Below, piece by piece: positions 19,646 to 28,860 of a stretch of DNA of 64,000 bases. Source of the stretch: an uncultured Pseudomonadota bacterium (GTDB lineage Bacteria > Pseudomonadota > Gammaproteobacteria > Ga0077536); NCBI GenBank assembly GCA_903825645.1, contig CAIKBL010000025.1, positions 60,078 through 124,077 of the forward strand. Reading direction: 5' to 3'. The notes below the pieces were generated by a model that saw only the letters and a program-made list of their open reading frames with translations, had not been told where the DNA came from and did no database searches. The first letter of the stretch is position 1, and each line of letters starts with the position of its first letter. The position numbers and the translations under genes were made by a program.

Positions 19646-20203
19646 GCGTTTTCTCCGTCTCGGTTACGTTTCGCACCGAGTCAATTGCGCGACTTGGTTG
19701 CTTAAAATCAGGCCCGGGTTAAGGTCAAATCCGTCAGAGAAACGTACCCGTCGCACTCAGTATTAATTTTCCCGTAACGTCTACCTTGGGCCGCTTGCTT
19801 ACCCTCGTCCGGCAGAACCATGGCGAACCTGACTCCGTCACCGCGTTAGCGGCGGCACGCGCCAAAACTGTATTCTGTCCCCAAGCAACCCGGTAAGTCC
19901 CGTGGCAGCGCATTGCTGGTGAAAGATACCATGTCTCCCGCCCATTACTCTCGAACGCCGAGCGCTGAACACATTTTCAGCGCCTCATTTTTTTCTGCCC
20001 AACGCCGGATTGGGATCGCGCAGGCACTTTGCCAAAACGGACGGGTCGATTGAGGTTAGCCGCAGTCCCCGACGGCCGGGGCAAGTCACGTACCCACCCC
20101 TGACTGAGTCTTCGGGGCGTGGCGTTGAGATGGCAGGAGCCGGAATGATTATCGTCGTGGGCTCTAACCGAGGCAGAACGGAGCAAGAGACGCGATCAAG
20201 TCC

Positions 20204-21510
20204 GGGACTGTCAGCGGTTGTGTGTGCCGGGCCGTTTGATTAATTCATCCTGTCGAATCGGTCACCGAACAGCCGCGTGAACTGTGCACGGGCGACTTGC
20301 CATTCCCGTGAGGGCATCTTCCAATCTTTGGTCACTTCTCGCAACTGCAGCCAGATCAACTTCAGGGCCGCGTCATCGCTCGGAAAGTGACCACGAGTTC
20401 GGACTGCGCGACGGAGTTTACTGTTCAGCGCCTCGATCTGGTTCGTTGTATAGACCATTTTCCGAACTTCAGGCGGGTAGGCAAAAAACGGGTTAACCTG
20501 CGGCCTCTGGCGCCGCCAGGCACCCACGATCGCCGGAAATTTCCGTTCCCAGGGGCCGTCCTCAAACGCATTCAGAGCCGCTTCCGCGACCTCAGCATTG
20601 GCCGCACGGTAGAGGCTCTTGAGCGCCCCAGCCATGGTTTTAAGGTCCTTCCGGCTCACGTAGGTCAGTGAATTCCGCAACAAATGCACCACACAGGTCT
20701 GCACCTGCGTCAGCGGAAAGACCGCGTTGATGGCCTCCGGGAAGCCCGTCAGCCTGTCAACAATCGCGATCAAATATCATTGACCCCGCGGTGCTTCAGC
20801 TCGCTCATCACCCGCTGCCAGAACTTTGCCCCGTCTGTCTGCTCAATCCACATTCCCAGCACGTCCTTTCGGCCATCCGCAGCCACCCCAACCGCCAGAT
20901 AAACCGCTTTATTGCGTACCGTCCCCTCGTCTCGGGTGTTCACCCGGATGGCGTCAAAAAAACCAGCGCGCAGCCCGCGTCTAATGGGCGACTCTGCCAT
21001 CGACCTACCTCCTCGAGTACCCATCCGTGACCGTCGAAATCAGCTGCGGCGAGGTCTCAATCCCGTACAGCTCACGCAGATGACCCTGAATCTCCCGGAC
21101 ACTCATCCCCCGCGCGCAAATCGAGACAATCTTCTCGTCAAATCCGGGAAATCGACGCACATACTTCGCCATCAGCCGCGGCTCAAAGGTTCCCTGACGG
21201 TCTCGCGGAATTTCCAGTTCAAGCTGGCTGTTCTCCGTCAATACCGTTTTTCGGCTGTAACCGTTCCGGTGGTTGCTGTTGACACGCCCCTCCAGCGCTT
21301 CCGCAGCCTGTGTCGCCAGGTGATGGTCGAGCTCCGCACTCAGCATCCGCTCCGCCAACGCTTTTTCAGTTCCCCCAAAAGTTCTTCTGATGCAAACACT
21401 TGCTTCGGGTCGACATCCTTCAGCAACTCATCCAGTAACGCTCTCTTGATAGCCATATACTGCCTCCTTCGGCAAGCATGGCCCCATCACACAAAATTCT
21501 GGATAGTCCC
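20204..21510 (-). mobile_element. IS256-family insertion sequence with disrupted transposase
   Basis: Imperfect terminal IRs GGGACTGTCAGCGGTTGTGTGTG (20204) and GGGACTATCCAGAATTTTGTGTG (reverse complement, ending 21510); flanked by an exact 8-bp direct repeat TCAAGTCC at 20196-20203 and 21511-21518. Confidence 0.93.
20240..21456 (-). pseudogene. IS256 (Mutator) transposase broken by four frameshifts
   Basis: Motifs NHRNGYSRKTV, IPRDRQGTFEP, GMSVREI, FFDAIRV, NKAVYLA, GAKFW, QTCVVHLLRNS and YTTNQIEALN lie in different frames; ATG at 21456 after GAAGGAGG. Confidence 0.9.
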
Positions 21511-21618
21511 TCAAGTCCCCTTTGACTAGCGCCCCGTAGCATCGCTATCTCTTCAAAAATCGAGGCCTTCATCCTATCAAACGCGGTTCGCGCTACGGGT
21601 ACCGACAACTCGCGATCC

Positions 21619-22005
21619 TTAATCGTAGATAAAATAACGAAAACGGGGATCGTCCGGCGTACCTTCTAATGCGCTGTCCGGGCGTGCCGCGGGCTGCCAC
21701 ATCAGGACCTCCTCGATTTTCCTGGCGAGTTCTAAATCCCTGTCCGTAATACCGTTCGCAATGTGTGTCTGGAGCTTGACCGCTACGGCTGCATACGTAA
21801 CCTGCAGCTCGGGATGATGCCAAGCCACCTCTGCCAGATGTCCCACCGCGTTCACTACCATCAAGGTACCCTTCCACCCGGCCGTCCTGTAATTCCGGCA
21901 AAGAAAACCGTCGAGCAATTCCCATCGAGGCAAATTCTCTGCCAGTTTCAATTCAATCTCGGGCGCCGTGTAGACCTTCCCGACCGCCCGTTCATGCCAA
22001 GCCAT
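21619..22005 (-). CDS. Pterin-4-alpha-carbinolamine dehydratase
   Basis: YRTAGWKGTLMVVNAVGHLAEVAWHHPEL (catalytic HHP), THIANGITDRDLELARKIE. Confidence 0.88.
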   Translation of the reverse strand: MAWHERAVGKVYTAPEIELKLAENLPRWELLDGFLCRNYRTAGWKGTLMVVNAVGHLAEVAWHHPELQVTYAAVAVKLQTHIANGITDRDLELARKIEEVLMWQPAARPDSALEGTPDDPRFRYFIYD

Positions 22006-22215
22006 CCCACAATCCCCCTACCGTTTCGAGCCCCAAACCGCTGGACATCAACCGCCGTTGGCAGTGTCCGTGGATGGTTCAAGGTAACCAGCCGGGTGTT
22101 TTAAAACAACCACCCCTAGTCAACTATCCGGGTGAGTGGCCGCACCGTGTTTGAGTTCCTGGACGCATCCTCTTGAATTAAAGATAATTTACCAAAATTG
22201 GACTTGGGGGTTACA

Positions 22216-22231
22216 TGGCGCGATTATTGCG
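22216..22231 (+). promoter_or_regulatory. Putative sigma-54 (-24/-12) promoter upstream of pqqA
   Basis: TGGCGCGATTATTGCG: exact GG-N10-GC spacing, close to the TGGCAC-N5-TTGC consensus, about 95 nt upstream of the pqqA ATG. Confidence 0.6.
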
Positions 22232-22324
22232 TGCCTGAAGCGAACGCTGCGTGAAAAATTTTGTCGCAGTGTGGGAGACACGTCTCAGACGTGCCCTTAT
22301 CCACCTTTAATCGGGAGAGTCACC

Positions 22325-22399
22325 ATGGCTTGGGAAACCCCTTCGTACAGCGATGTACGTTTTGGCTTCGAAGTCACCATGTACATCAACAACCGTTGA
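22325..22399 (+). CDS. pqqA: PQQ precursor peptide PqqA (24 aa)
   Basis: MAWETPSYSDVRFGFEVTMYINNR with the E-x3-Y motif; GGGAGA RBS. Confidence 0.97.
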   Translation: MAWETPSYSDVRFGFEVTMYINNR

Positions 22400-22418
22400 T
22401 GACATCGTGACCGATGCC

Positions 22419-22450
22419 GCCCGAGGGTCTATAGATCCTCGGGCTTTGAT
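22419..22450 (+). terminator. Hairpin after pqqA (attenuator or partial terminator)
   Basis: GCCCGAGGGTC-TATA-GATCCTCGGGC followed by TTTGATTT. Confidence 0.6.
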
Positions 22451-22480
22451 TTCCTTATTTCGAGACTAGTCAGAGCCAAC

Positions 22481-23242
22481 GTGGTCCAATTTTCAGTTCC
22501 CCGCCCCAAAATATCCGCCGCCGAACCTTGGTCGCGAGACGAGTTTGAGCGCCGTTTGCGCGCTAAAGAAAGTAACTACCACATTCACCACCCCTTTCAT
22601 GTCGCCATGAACGGCGCAGGTGTCTCACCCGCGGCCGTGCGTGGGTGGGTGGCAAACCGCTTCTATTACCAGCAGGCAATCCCGCTGAAAGATGCCGCAG
22701 TACTCGCCAACTGCCGGGACCGGAACGCGCGCCGACTGTGGATTCAACGCATCCTTGACCACGATGGGGTCGGTGCCGATGAGGGCGGTATTGAAGCATG
22801 GTTGCAACTAGCGGCGGCGGTCGGACTGACGCGCGCAGAAGTGGAAAGTGGAGAGCATGTGTTGCCGGGTGTCCGCTTCGCGGTCGATGCCTACGTCAAT
22901 TTTGCGCGTGGCGCGACTTTCGAAGAAGCCGCTTGTTCCTCCCTGACAGAACTTTTCGCACCCACTATCCATCAGAAGCGTCTCGACACCTGGCCCGATA
23001 TCTATCCCTGGATAGAAGCTCAGGGGTACCGCTATTTCCGCAAGCGTCTTAGCGAAGCGCGACGGGATGTTGAGCATGGCTTGATCGCCACGCTCGACCA
23101 TTTTATTTCGCGGACTGCGCAGGAATATGCGCTCAACATCCTGCAGTTCAAACTAAACATTCTGTGGAGCATGCTCGACGCCATGTGGATGGCTTATATC
23201 GAAATGAAACCCCCTTTTTATACTTGTAAGCCCGATGAATAA
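22481..23242 (+). CDS. pqqC: PQQ synthase PqqC
   Basis: [64 protein letters not shown]. Confidence 0.96.
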   Translation: MVQFSVPRPKISAAEPWSRDEFERRLRAKESNYHIHHPFHVAMNGAGVSPAAVRGWVANRFYYQQAIPLKDAAVLANCRDRNARRLWIQRILDHDGVGADEGGIEAWLQLAAAVGLTRAEVESGEHVLPGVRFAVDAYVNFARGATFEEAACSSLTELFAPTIHQKRLDTWPDIYPWIEAQGYRYFRKRLSEARRDVEHGLIATLDHFISRTAQEYALNILQFKLNILWSMLDAMWMAYIEMKPPFYTCKPDE

Positions 23243-23519
23243 GCCATTCGAAGACGATTCTGTTCCCCGTATTCCGCCGCTCTACCGCATGCAGTGGGAG
23301 GAAGCTCAGAACTGCCACGTGTTACTTTACCCGGAGGGTATGGTCAAACTCAGCGGGAGTGCTGGTGAAATTCTGAAACGCGTCGATGGCAAAACAAATA
23401 TCAGCGCCATTATCGCCAGTCTAGAAAAACAGTTCCCCGGGATCCCACTGGCCAGTGACGTCAACAATTTTTTGGAGGTTGCTTATGGCAACGGTTGGCT
23501 CCGCAACGTCATCGCCTAA
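23235..23519 (+). CDS. pqqD: PqqA-binding chaperone PqqD
   Basis: [35 protein letters not shown]. Confidence 0.95.
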   Translation: MNKPFEDDSVPRIPPLYRMQWEEAQNCHVLLYPEGMVKLSGSAGEILKRVDGKTNISAIIASLEKQFPGIPLASDVNNFLEVAYGNGWLRNVIA

Positions 23520-24612
23520 CCAACCGCTGTGGCTCTTAGCAGAGCTGACGTACCGGTGCCCACTGCAGTGCCCCTACTGCTCGAACCCTCTCGATTTCGC
23601 ACGCCACAAGGAAGAACTCGGGACCGATGATTGGATCCGTGTACTGCGCGAGGCGCGTAAATTGGGTGCCGCTCAGCTGGGTTTTTCCGGTGGCGAGCCC
23701 CTGCTAAGACGCGATCTGGAGATGTTGATCGCGGAGGCCAGATCGCTCGGCTACTACACGAACCTGATTACCTCCGGCGTCGGCATGGATGAATCCCGCA
23801 TTGCCGCCTTTAAGGAAGCAGGCCTGGACCATATCCAGATCAGTTTTCAGGCGAGCGACGAAGAATTGAATAACGCTCTGGGCGGTACCGCGACCTTTCA
23901 GCACAAGTACGCGATGGCCCGTTTGGTCAAAAAATATGAATACCCGATGGTGCTCAACATCGTCATTCATCGCCAAAACATCGACCAGATTGAAGAAATC
24001 ATCAAGATGACGGTCGATTTGGAAGCCGATTACGTAGAACTGGCCAGTACGCAATACTACGGGTGGTCGAAATTGAATGAGGCCGCGCTACTGCCGACCC
24101 GAGAACAACTCGCGCGGGCTGAGCGTATCGCACATGAATATCAAGACCGCCTGAGAGACCGCATGCGCATCTTATATGTGGTGCCGGATTATTACGAAAG
24201 CCGACCTAAAGCCTGCATGAATGGCTGGGGCTCTGTTTTTCTCACCATTGCGCCCGATGGCGCCGCATTGCCCTGTCACGCCGCACGCGAACTACCTGGA
24301 CTATCATTTCCGAACGTTCGCGATCGCAGCATCGATTGGATATGGCACGATTCTCCCGCGTTCAACGCATTTCGGGGGGATACTTGGATGAAGGAACCCT
24401 GTCGAAGTTGCCCCGAAAAGGGTAAAGACTTTGGCGGTTGTCGCTGCCAAGCGTATCTGTTGACTGGCGATCCTGCCAATGCAGACCCGGTCTGCGACAA
24501 GTCCGCACATCACGCAGCCCTGGTCACACAGGTCGACGCCTTAACGGTGCCACGCGCGCAACCCTTGATTTTCCGCAATATACGAAATTCAAAAAATTAC
24601 ATCGCCATCTGA
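23485..24612 (+). CDS. pqqE: Radical SAM PqqA peptide cyclase PqqE
   Basis: [39 protein letters not shown] motif CRSC...GGCRCQA...DPVC. Confidence 0.97.
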   Translation: MATVGSATSSPNQPLWLLAELTYRCPLQCPYCSNPLDFARHKEELGTDDWIRVLREARKLGAAQLGFSGGEPLLRRDLEMLIAEARSLGYYTNLITSGVGMDESRIAAFKEAGLDHIQISFQASDEELNNALGGTATFQHKYAMARLVKKYEYPMVLNIVIHRQNIDQIEEIIKMTVDLEADYVELASTQYYGWSKLNEAALLPTREQLARAERIAHEYQDRLRDRMRILYVVPDYYESRPKACMNGWGSVFLTIAPDGAALPCHAARELPGLSFPNVRDRSIDWIWHDSPAFNAFRGDTWMKEPCRSCPEKGKDFGGCRCQAYLLTGDPANADPVCDKSAHHAALVTQVDALTVPRAQPLIFRNIRNSKNYIAI

Positions 24613-25479
24613 TGCCGACGGCTCAGGCGGTCTAGGACCGCGAATGGCCCAGCCTGTTTGCAGCGCTTGGCGATTCGACTGGATATCGTGTACGCGGAAT
24701 ATCTTGGCGCCTGCGGTCGCCCCGAGGGCAGTCGTTGCGCAATTGGCACCGAGCAATGCCGCCTCAGCTGCTTCGTTACAAATCGTCCGTAAGAAACGCT
24801 TGCGACTGGTCCCAAGCAGCACCGGATAGCCGGTCGCCACCAATCGCGGCAAAGCCCGAAGCAGCGCGAGATTATGGCTGAGAGTCTTGCCAAAGCCGAT
24901 GCCGGGATCAATCAACACATTTCCAGCCGGCACACCTGCTGACTCTGCGGCATGGGCCCGGCAAAGCAGGTAGTCCAGCACTTCGCCCACCACATCCTCA
25001 TATCGAGGGGTTACCTGCATCGTCTGCGGGTCACCCTGCATATGCATCAGCACAATCGGACTACCAGACGCTGCCGCCACAGCAAACATGCCTTCCTCAG
25101 CGCCCGCCGAAATATCGTTGATCATCGAAGCGCCGGCCCAAATGGCCTGTTGCGCCACTTGAGGCAACCGAGTATCAACGCTCACCGCGACGGCGGCGGG
25201 TAGCGCCGCGTGCAGCGCCTCGATGACCGGAAGAATACGCCTGAGCTGCTCGTCGGCGCTTACGTAGGCAGCGCCCGGTCGAGTCGATTCCCCGCCGACA
25301 TCAATAATTGATGCGCCTTCCTCGACCATGTGGAGCGCGTGGCGTATGGCAACGTCTGTTGCGCAGAATTTGCCCCCATCTGAAAAGCTATCCGGCGTGA
25401 TGTTTAAAATCCCCATCAACACGGGTGTAGCATTCGGATCGTGAAGCCGCAATGCATCAATGGCGGAGGCGCCGCTCAC
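24589..25479 (-). CDS. folP: Dihydropteroate synthase
   Basis: [55 protein letters not shown]; start (GTG 25479) uncertain; 3' end overlaps pqqE by 24 nt. Confidence 0.92.
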   Translation of the reverse strand: MSGASAIDALRLHDPNATPVLMGILNITPDSFSDGGKFCATDVAIRHALHMVEEGASIIDVGGESTRPGAAYVSADEQLRRILPVIEALHAALPAAVAVSVDTRLPQVAQQAIWAGASMINDISAGAEEGMFAVAAASGSPIVLMHMQGDPQTMQVTPRYEDVVGEVLDYLLCRAHAAESAGVPAGNVLIDPGIGFGKTLSHNLALLRALPRLVATGYPVLLGTSRKRFLRTICNEAAEAALLGANCATTALGATAGAKIFRVHDIQSNRQALQTGWAIRGPRPPEPSASDGDVIF

Positions 25480-25481
25480 GC

Positions 25482-26435
25482 TCAGCCTCGTGGAACGAGC
25501 GTATCGGACAATCGATCGGCCGCGCGGATCAGTGCTTCTTGGATTTTTGACTCCCCAGACAAATGACCCGCTGTCCGGATAATTTCGAGCGTTGACCAGG
25601 GCAACGCTTGATGGACCGCCCATGCCGCTTCTGGCGCGCACGTAATATCCCGTTGGCCGTGGATCAGATGCGTCGGCACGTGGGGAACGCGCGCAATCTC
25701 CTCTAGGAGTTGGTTATCTCGCAAAAAATATCCCGCACGCGCGTAATGAAGCTCCAGCCTCATTTTCGCGAGCAACTCCACATCTGGCAAAGGAGGCTCG
25801 TGCGGCGCGCTATCAAAGCCGTACATCACGACTTCCGTGGACCATGCTGACCAAGCCTGCGCCACACGTAGCGCGAGCGTCATGTCCGCATCGAAAATAG
25901 CTGCGTGTAACGACGGAATATCCTGGCCGATGTCAGCGGTCGCACCCGTAAAAGCGTGCCAAGCTTGCGGCAGCAGACGGCCGGCGCCAGCGCCCAGGAA
26001 CCAATCCATATCTCGCGACCTGGCCAAAAAAGTGCCGCGGAGCACCATACCAAGCACCCGCGCAGGATATTGTTCGGCGTATGCCAAGGCCAGCGCAGCT
26101 CCCCAAGATCCCGCAAACAACACCCAGCGCTCGACGTTCGCCCACTGCCGGACATGTTCGAGATCGGCGATTAAGGTCTGTGTCGTGTTAGCGAAAATCT
26201 CGCCGCAGGGCGTTGAACGTCCAGCACCCCGCTGATCGATTAAAAAACTCCGATACCGTCCCGGGTCGAAGAATTGGCGGTGACTGGGCTTACATCCACC
26301 ACCCGGTCCACCATGCAAGAACACAACCGGAAGTCCGGACGACAGCCCTGCCTCCTCGACATAGATGTGATGACCTTCGCCAACGGACAACCATTCGGCC
26401 CGGATGGGATCTGATGCAGGATATAGAGAAGGCAC
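25482..26435 (-). CDS. pip: Proline iminopeptidase
   Basis: LYP, HHIYVEEAG, HGGPGGG, DQRGAGRSTP, GSWG, LRGTFL, HGQRD, AGH. Confidence 0.88.
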   Translation of the reverse strand: MPSLYPASDPIRAEWLSVGEGHHIYVEEAGLSSGLPVVFLHGGPGGGCKPSHRQFFDPGRYRSFLIDQRGAGRSTPCGEIFANTTQTLIADLEHVRQWANVERWVLFAGSWGAALALAYAEQYPARVLGMVLRGTFLARSRDMDWFLGAGAGRLLPQAWHAFTGATADIGQDIPSLHAAIFDADMTLALRVAQAWSAWSTEVVMYGFDSAPHEPPLPDVELLAKMRLELHYARAGYFLRDNQLLEEIARVPHVPTHLIHGQRDITCAPEAAWAVHQALPWSTLEIIRTAGHLSGESKIQEALIRAADRLSDTLVPRG

Positions 26436-26584
26436 GATGGATCTAAAACCTTTAAGCGCTACGGAAGTTCAATATGGGATGCCGATCGACGCAGCGGTAG
26501 TCGGCCCGGAAAAGAATACCTCGGACTATAGCAAATCGCGCACCTTGGCGACCTGCACGCCGCCGAAGCACGACAGGCATTTGG

Positions 26585-27664
26585 CTACCAGTAGAAAAAC
26601 GAGCCCACGCTGATGGTATTCGACTCCACCGTCTGCCCATTCGCAGCCGCCGCATCATTCGGAGCGTAGTTGTTTTGGGCGTGGTTGAATTCCGCGATGA
26701 ACCGTAACCAGCTGTTGACATCGCGGTACACGCCGACCGTCCACATGCGAAGCGCCGCATCTCGTTGTCCCTCATCGCCCGGACTTCGCGCGCCAAAACC
26801 GTCTGTCAGCGCGGTCCGTCGGCTCGCGTCGTAACGGATCCCGACCTGCGTATTACCGGACAAGACATAAATACCTCGCATCGACAGTCCGCTGTCGTTC
26901 GCGGCCAGGCACTGCCCAAACGGAGAAAATGTCTCCAGCAGCGTCCCTGTGGGAGGTCCTGCCACACTGCAGCTTGGGCCACCCGCAGACACCTGTGATG
27001 CGCGATCCCGTCCGTGACCGCTGTAGAAATACCCCGCGAGCCTGAAATCCGCTGTGTTAGCGGTAACGCCGATGCTCCAGACCGCTGTCGTGTCGGCCGC
27101 CGGGTAATCTGCTGAGCTACCTGTCGGCAAATCATGCCGCGCGCCACCAAGCCAGAACCGCGTATTCCCGCCTGGAAAAATCATCGCGTAACCCAGGGTC
27201 CCCTGAAATCCTGTTACTCGCCCCTCATGCCTAGACTCCCCAACGGCACAATTCCAAGCTGATGTGCAGGGAACTCCACCTCGGAGACCGAAGCCTGTCG
27301 CCCATTCCGGCGTCTGAACGGGCGCGGACAAAAGGTCAACGTCGGCGCGGAACCCCGCGGCGTGATTCAGCCAACGCGCAGGTTCCCCCCCATCGCCAAG
27401 CGCGCTGGGTACCTGTTGCAAACTCAGCACATTTGTCTGCATTGGGGACGAAGAAAGCTGCCCGCCAAGGCCAAAGTTGGGGGACAACGAAACGCGCCGA
27501 CAATCGGAGAGAAGGTCGGACGTGGACGAACTCGCGGCGCCCGCGAACTCGAGCGTCCAGCTGTGCGCCGCGTCGGTACTCGATTGCGCCGCGGCCCCGA
27601 GCGTGAACACACCTCCCATGGTGACCAACAACGCGCCGAGCAACCGGTATCGCCGCGCGGACAT
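26585..27664 (-). CDS. Porin-like outer-membrane protein (diverged)
   Basis: Signal-like N-terminus; C-terminal amphipathic strands LAGYFYSG, WTVGVYRDVNSWLRFIAEFNH and NTISVGSFFYW, ending in an aromatic residue. Confidence 0.6.
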   Translation of the reverse strand: MSARRYRLLGALLVTMGGVFTLGAAAQSSTDAAHSWTLEFAGAASSSTSDLLSDCRRVSLSPNFGLGGQLSSSPMQTNVLSLQQVPSALGDGGEPARWLNHAAGFRADVDLLSAPVQTPEWATGFGLRGGVPCTSAWNCAVGESRHEGRVTGFQGTLGYAMIFPGGNTRFWLGGARHDLPTGSSADYPAADTTAVWSIGVTANTADFRLAGYFYSGHGRDRASQVSAGGPSCSVAGPPTGTLLETFSPFGQCLAANDSGLSMRGIYVLSGNTQVGIRYDASRRTALTDGFGARSPGDEGQRDAALRMWTVGVYRDVNSWLRFIAEFNHAQNNYAPNDAAAANGQTVESNTISVGSFFYW

Positions 27665-28009
27665 CACGGCAGTTTTCGCTCGGTCTACAAAGCATTCCCC
27701 CAGCGACATCCCCATACCATCCGCAGAGCTATTTCAAAAAACTAACGTACCAGATATACCACAGTAGTCCATTTTGTCTATATTTTGCAACTTTATGTTG
27801 AATTTATAGCAAAATTTGCCTAATTTTATTTTTACTTAGTGTGATTTTAGCCACTCAAAATTTCCGAAGGGGTCTACAGAACGGCGCGCTCCATTATAGG
27901 CAACGGACTAACAGCTGAGGATCCGACGTAGTACTAACGACCCAATCTGGAATTTCGTTACGATTAGACACACCACACGACCCACCATTCCTAGCCGGGA
28001 GATAGCCGC

Positions 28010-28831
28010 TTGAGAAAACCGCGTTCATATGCCTCATTCCTGGGTCGTTTATGCCGAGACCTCTCATTTTTCATGGTCGTGGGGTGCACCGCGGCACCGG
28101 CGGCCGAGATCGTTCTTGTCTTCGTCGGCCCGACTGATTCCAGCGCCTACAAGGGCGCCCGCCAGGGGCTCGAAGAAGCGCAGGCTCAAGGTGAATTCCT
28201 GGGCCAACATTACACGCTCACCGTGCAGGCAACCTCTTCCCCTCACCCACTCCAAGCTACCGCAATTATCGCGGCAACAAACGAGGCGGGACTCTATCAA
28301 CTGGTTACAGTGAATCCGGGTATCGCGATCCTCAATGCCGAATTAAAAGACAATAAATTGCGCCGAACCTGCCGAGCGAACCTTCTCCATGTGCTCCCGA
28401 GTGCCGAAATGGAAGCCTCCGCGCTGGCGCAATGGCGCGCTGCGAATCCCCAGGCCAAGGACGTCGTGGCGCGAGCATGGCATCCGGCTTTTGAAAAGTA
28501 TGCCGGCATTGAACTGAACAAGCGTTATCAGCAGGCCTTCAATCAACCTATGGACGACACTGCATGGGCCGCTTGGGCCGCCGTTAAGTTGGTCTCTGAC
28601 ATGGTTGCGCGGGAGCAAAATGCGGATGGTACCGCCTTGTTGACAGCGCTCCGGGATCGCTTAGCCTTCGATGGCCAGAAAGGTGTCGATCTGAGTTTCA
28701 GACGCGACGGACAACTCCGCCAGCCAATACTCTTGGTCTCAGGAAACAAAGTCGTCGGCGAGGCACCGTTACATGGCGCCGGAGAATCAGCCGGGCTGGA
28801 TAGCCTAGGTCGTGTCGGGTGCGAAAAATGA
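28010..28831 (+). CDS. Periplasmic substrate-binding-like protein of the PQQ-dependent-catabolism-associated type
   Basis: GARQGLEE...GEFLGQHY, LLHVLPS, AWH..FEKY...LNKRY, AWAAWAAVKLV, FDGQKG..LSFR.DGQLRQPILL; start codon uncertain. Confidence 0.7.
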   Translation: MRKPRSYASFLGRLCRDLSFFMVVGCTAAPAAEIVLVFVGPTDSSAYKGARQGLEEAQAQGEFLGQHYTLTVQATSSPHPLQATAIIAATNEAGLYQLVTVNPGIAILNAELKDNKLRRTCRANLLHVLPSAEMEASALAQWRAANPQAKDVVARAWHPAFEKYAGIELNKRYQQAFNQPMDDTAWAAWAAVKLVSDMVAREQNADGTALLTALRDRLAFDGQKGVDLSFRRDGQLRQPILLVSGNKVVGEAPLHGAGESAGLDSLGRVGCEK

Positions 28832-28860
28832 CTTTATCTTTACCTCGGACACTAATTGAT

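Noticed and set aside
19860-19980. Possible c-di-GMP-I riboswitch upstream of the pilin operon
   Set aside because: Only a GGGTTGC end on the minus strand; the GGCAAA, GAAA tetraloop and GCAAA elements are absent.
21355-21372. Programmed -1 frameshift at GAAAAAG in the IS256 transposase
   Set aside because: Not a full slippery heptamer, IS256 elements do not normally use frameshifting, and three further breaks follow.
21619-22005. Rubisco assembly factor (acRAF/Raf2)
   Set aside because: The catalytic HHP motif is intact and no Rubisco or carboxysome genes are present.
24589-25479. Sulfonamide-resistance sul gene
   Set aside because: Has the canonical DPGIGFGK without the Sul-type insertion and lies in a chromosomal, non-integron context.
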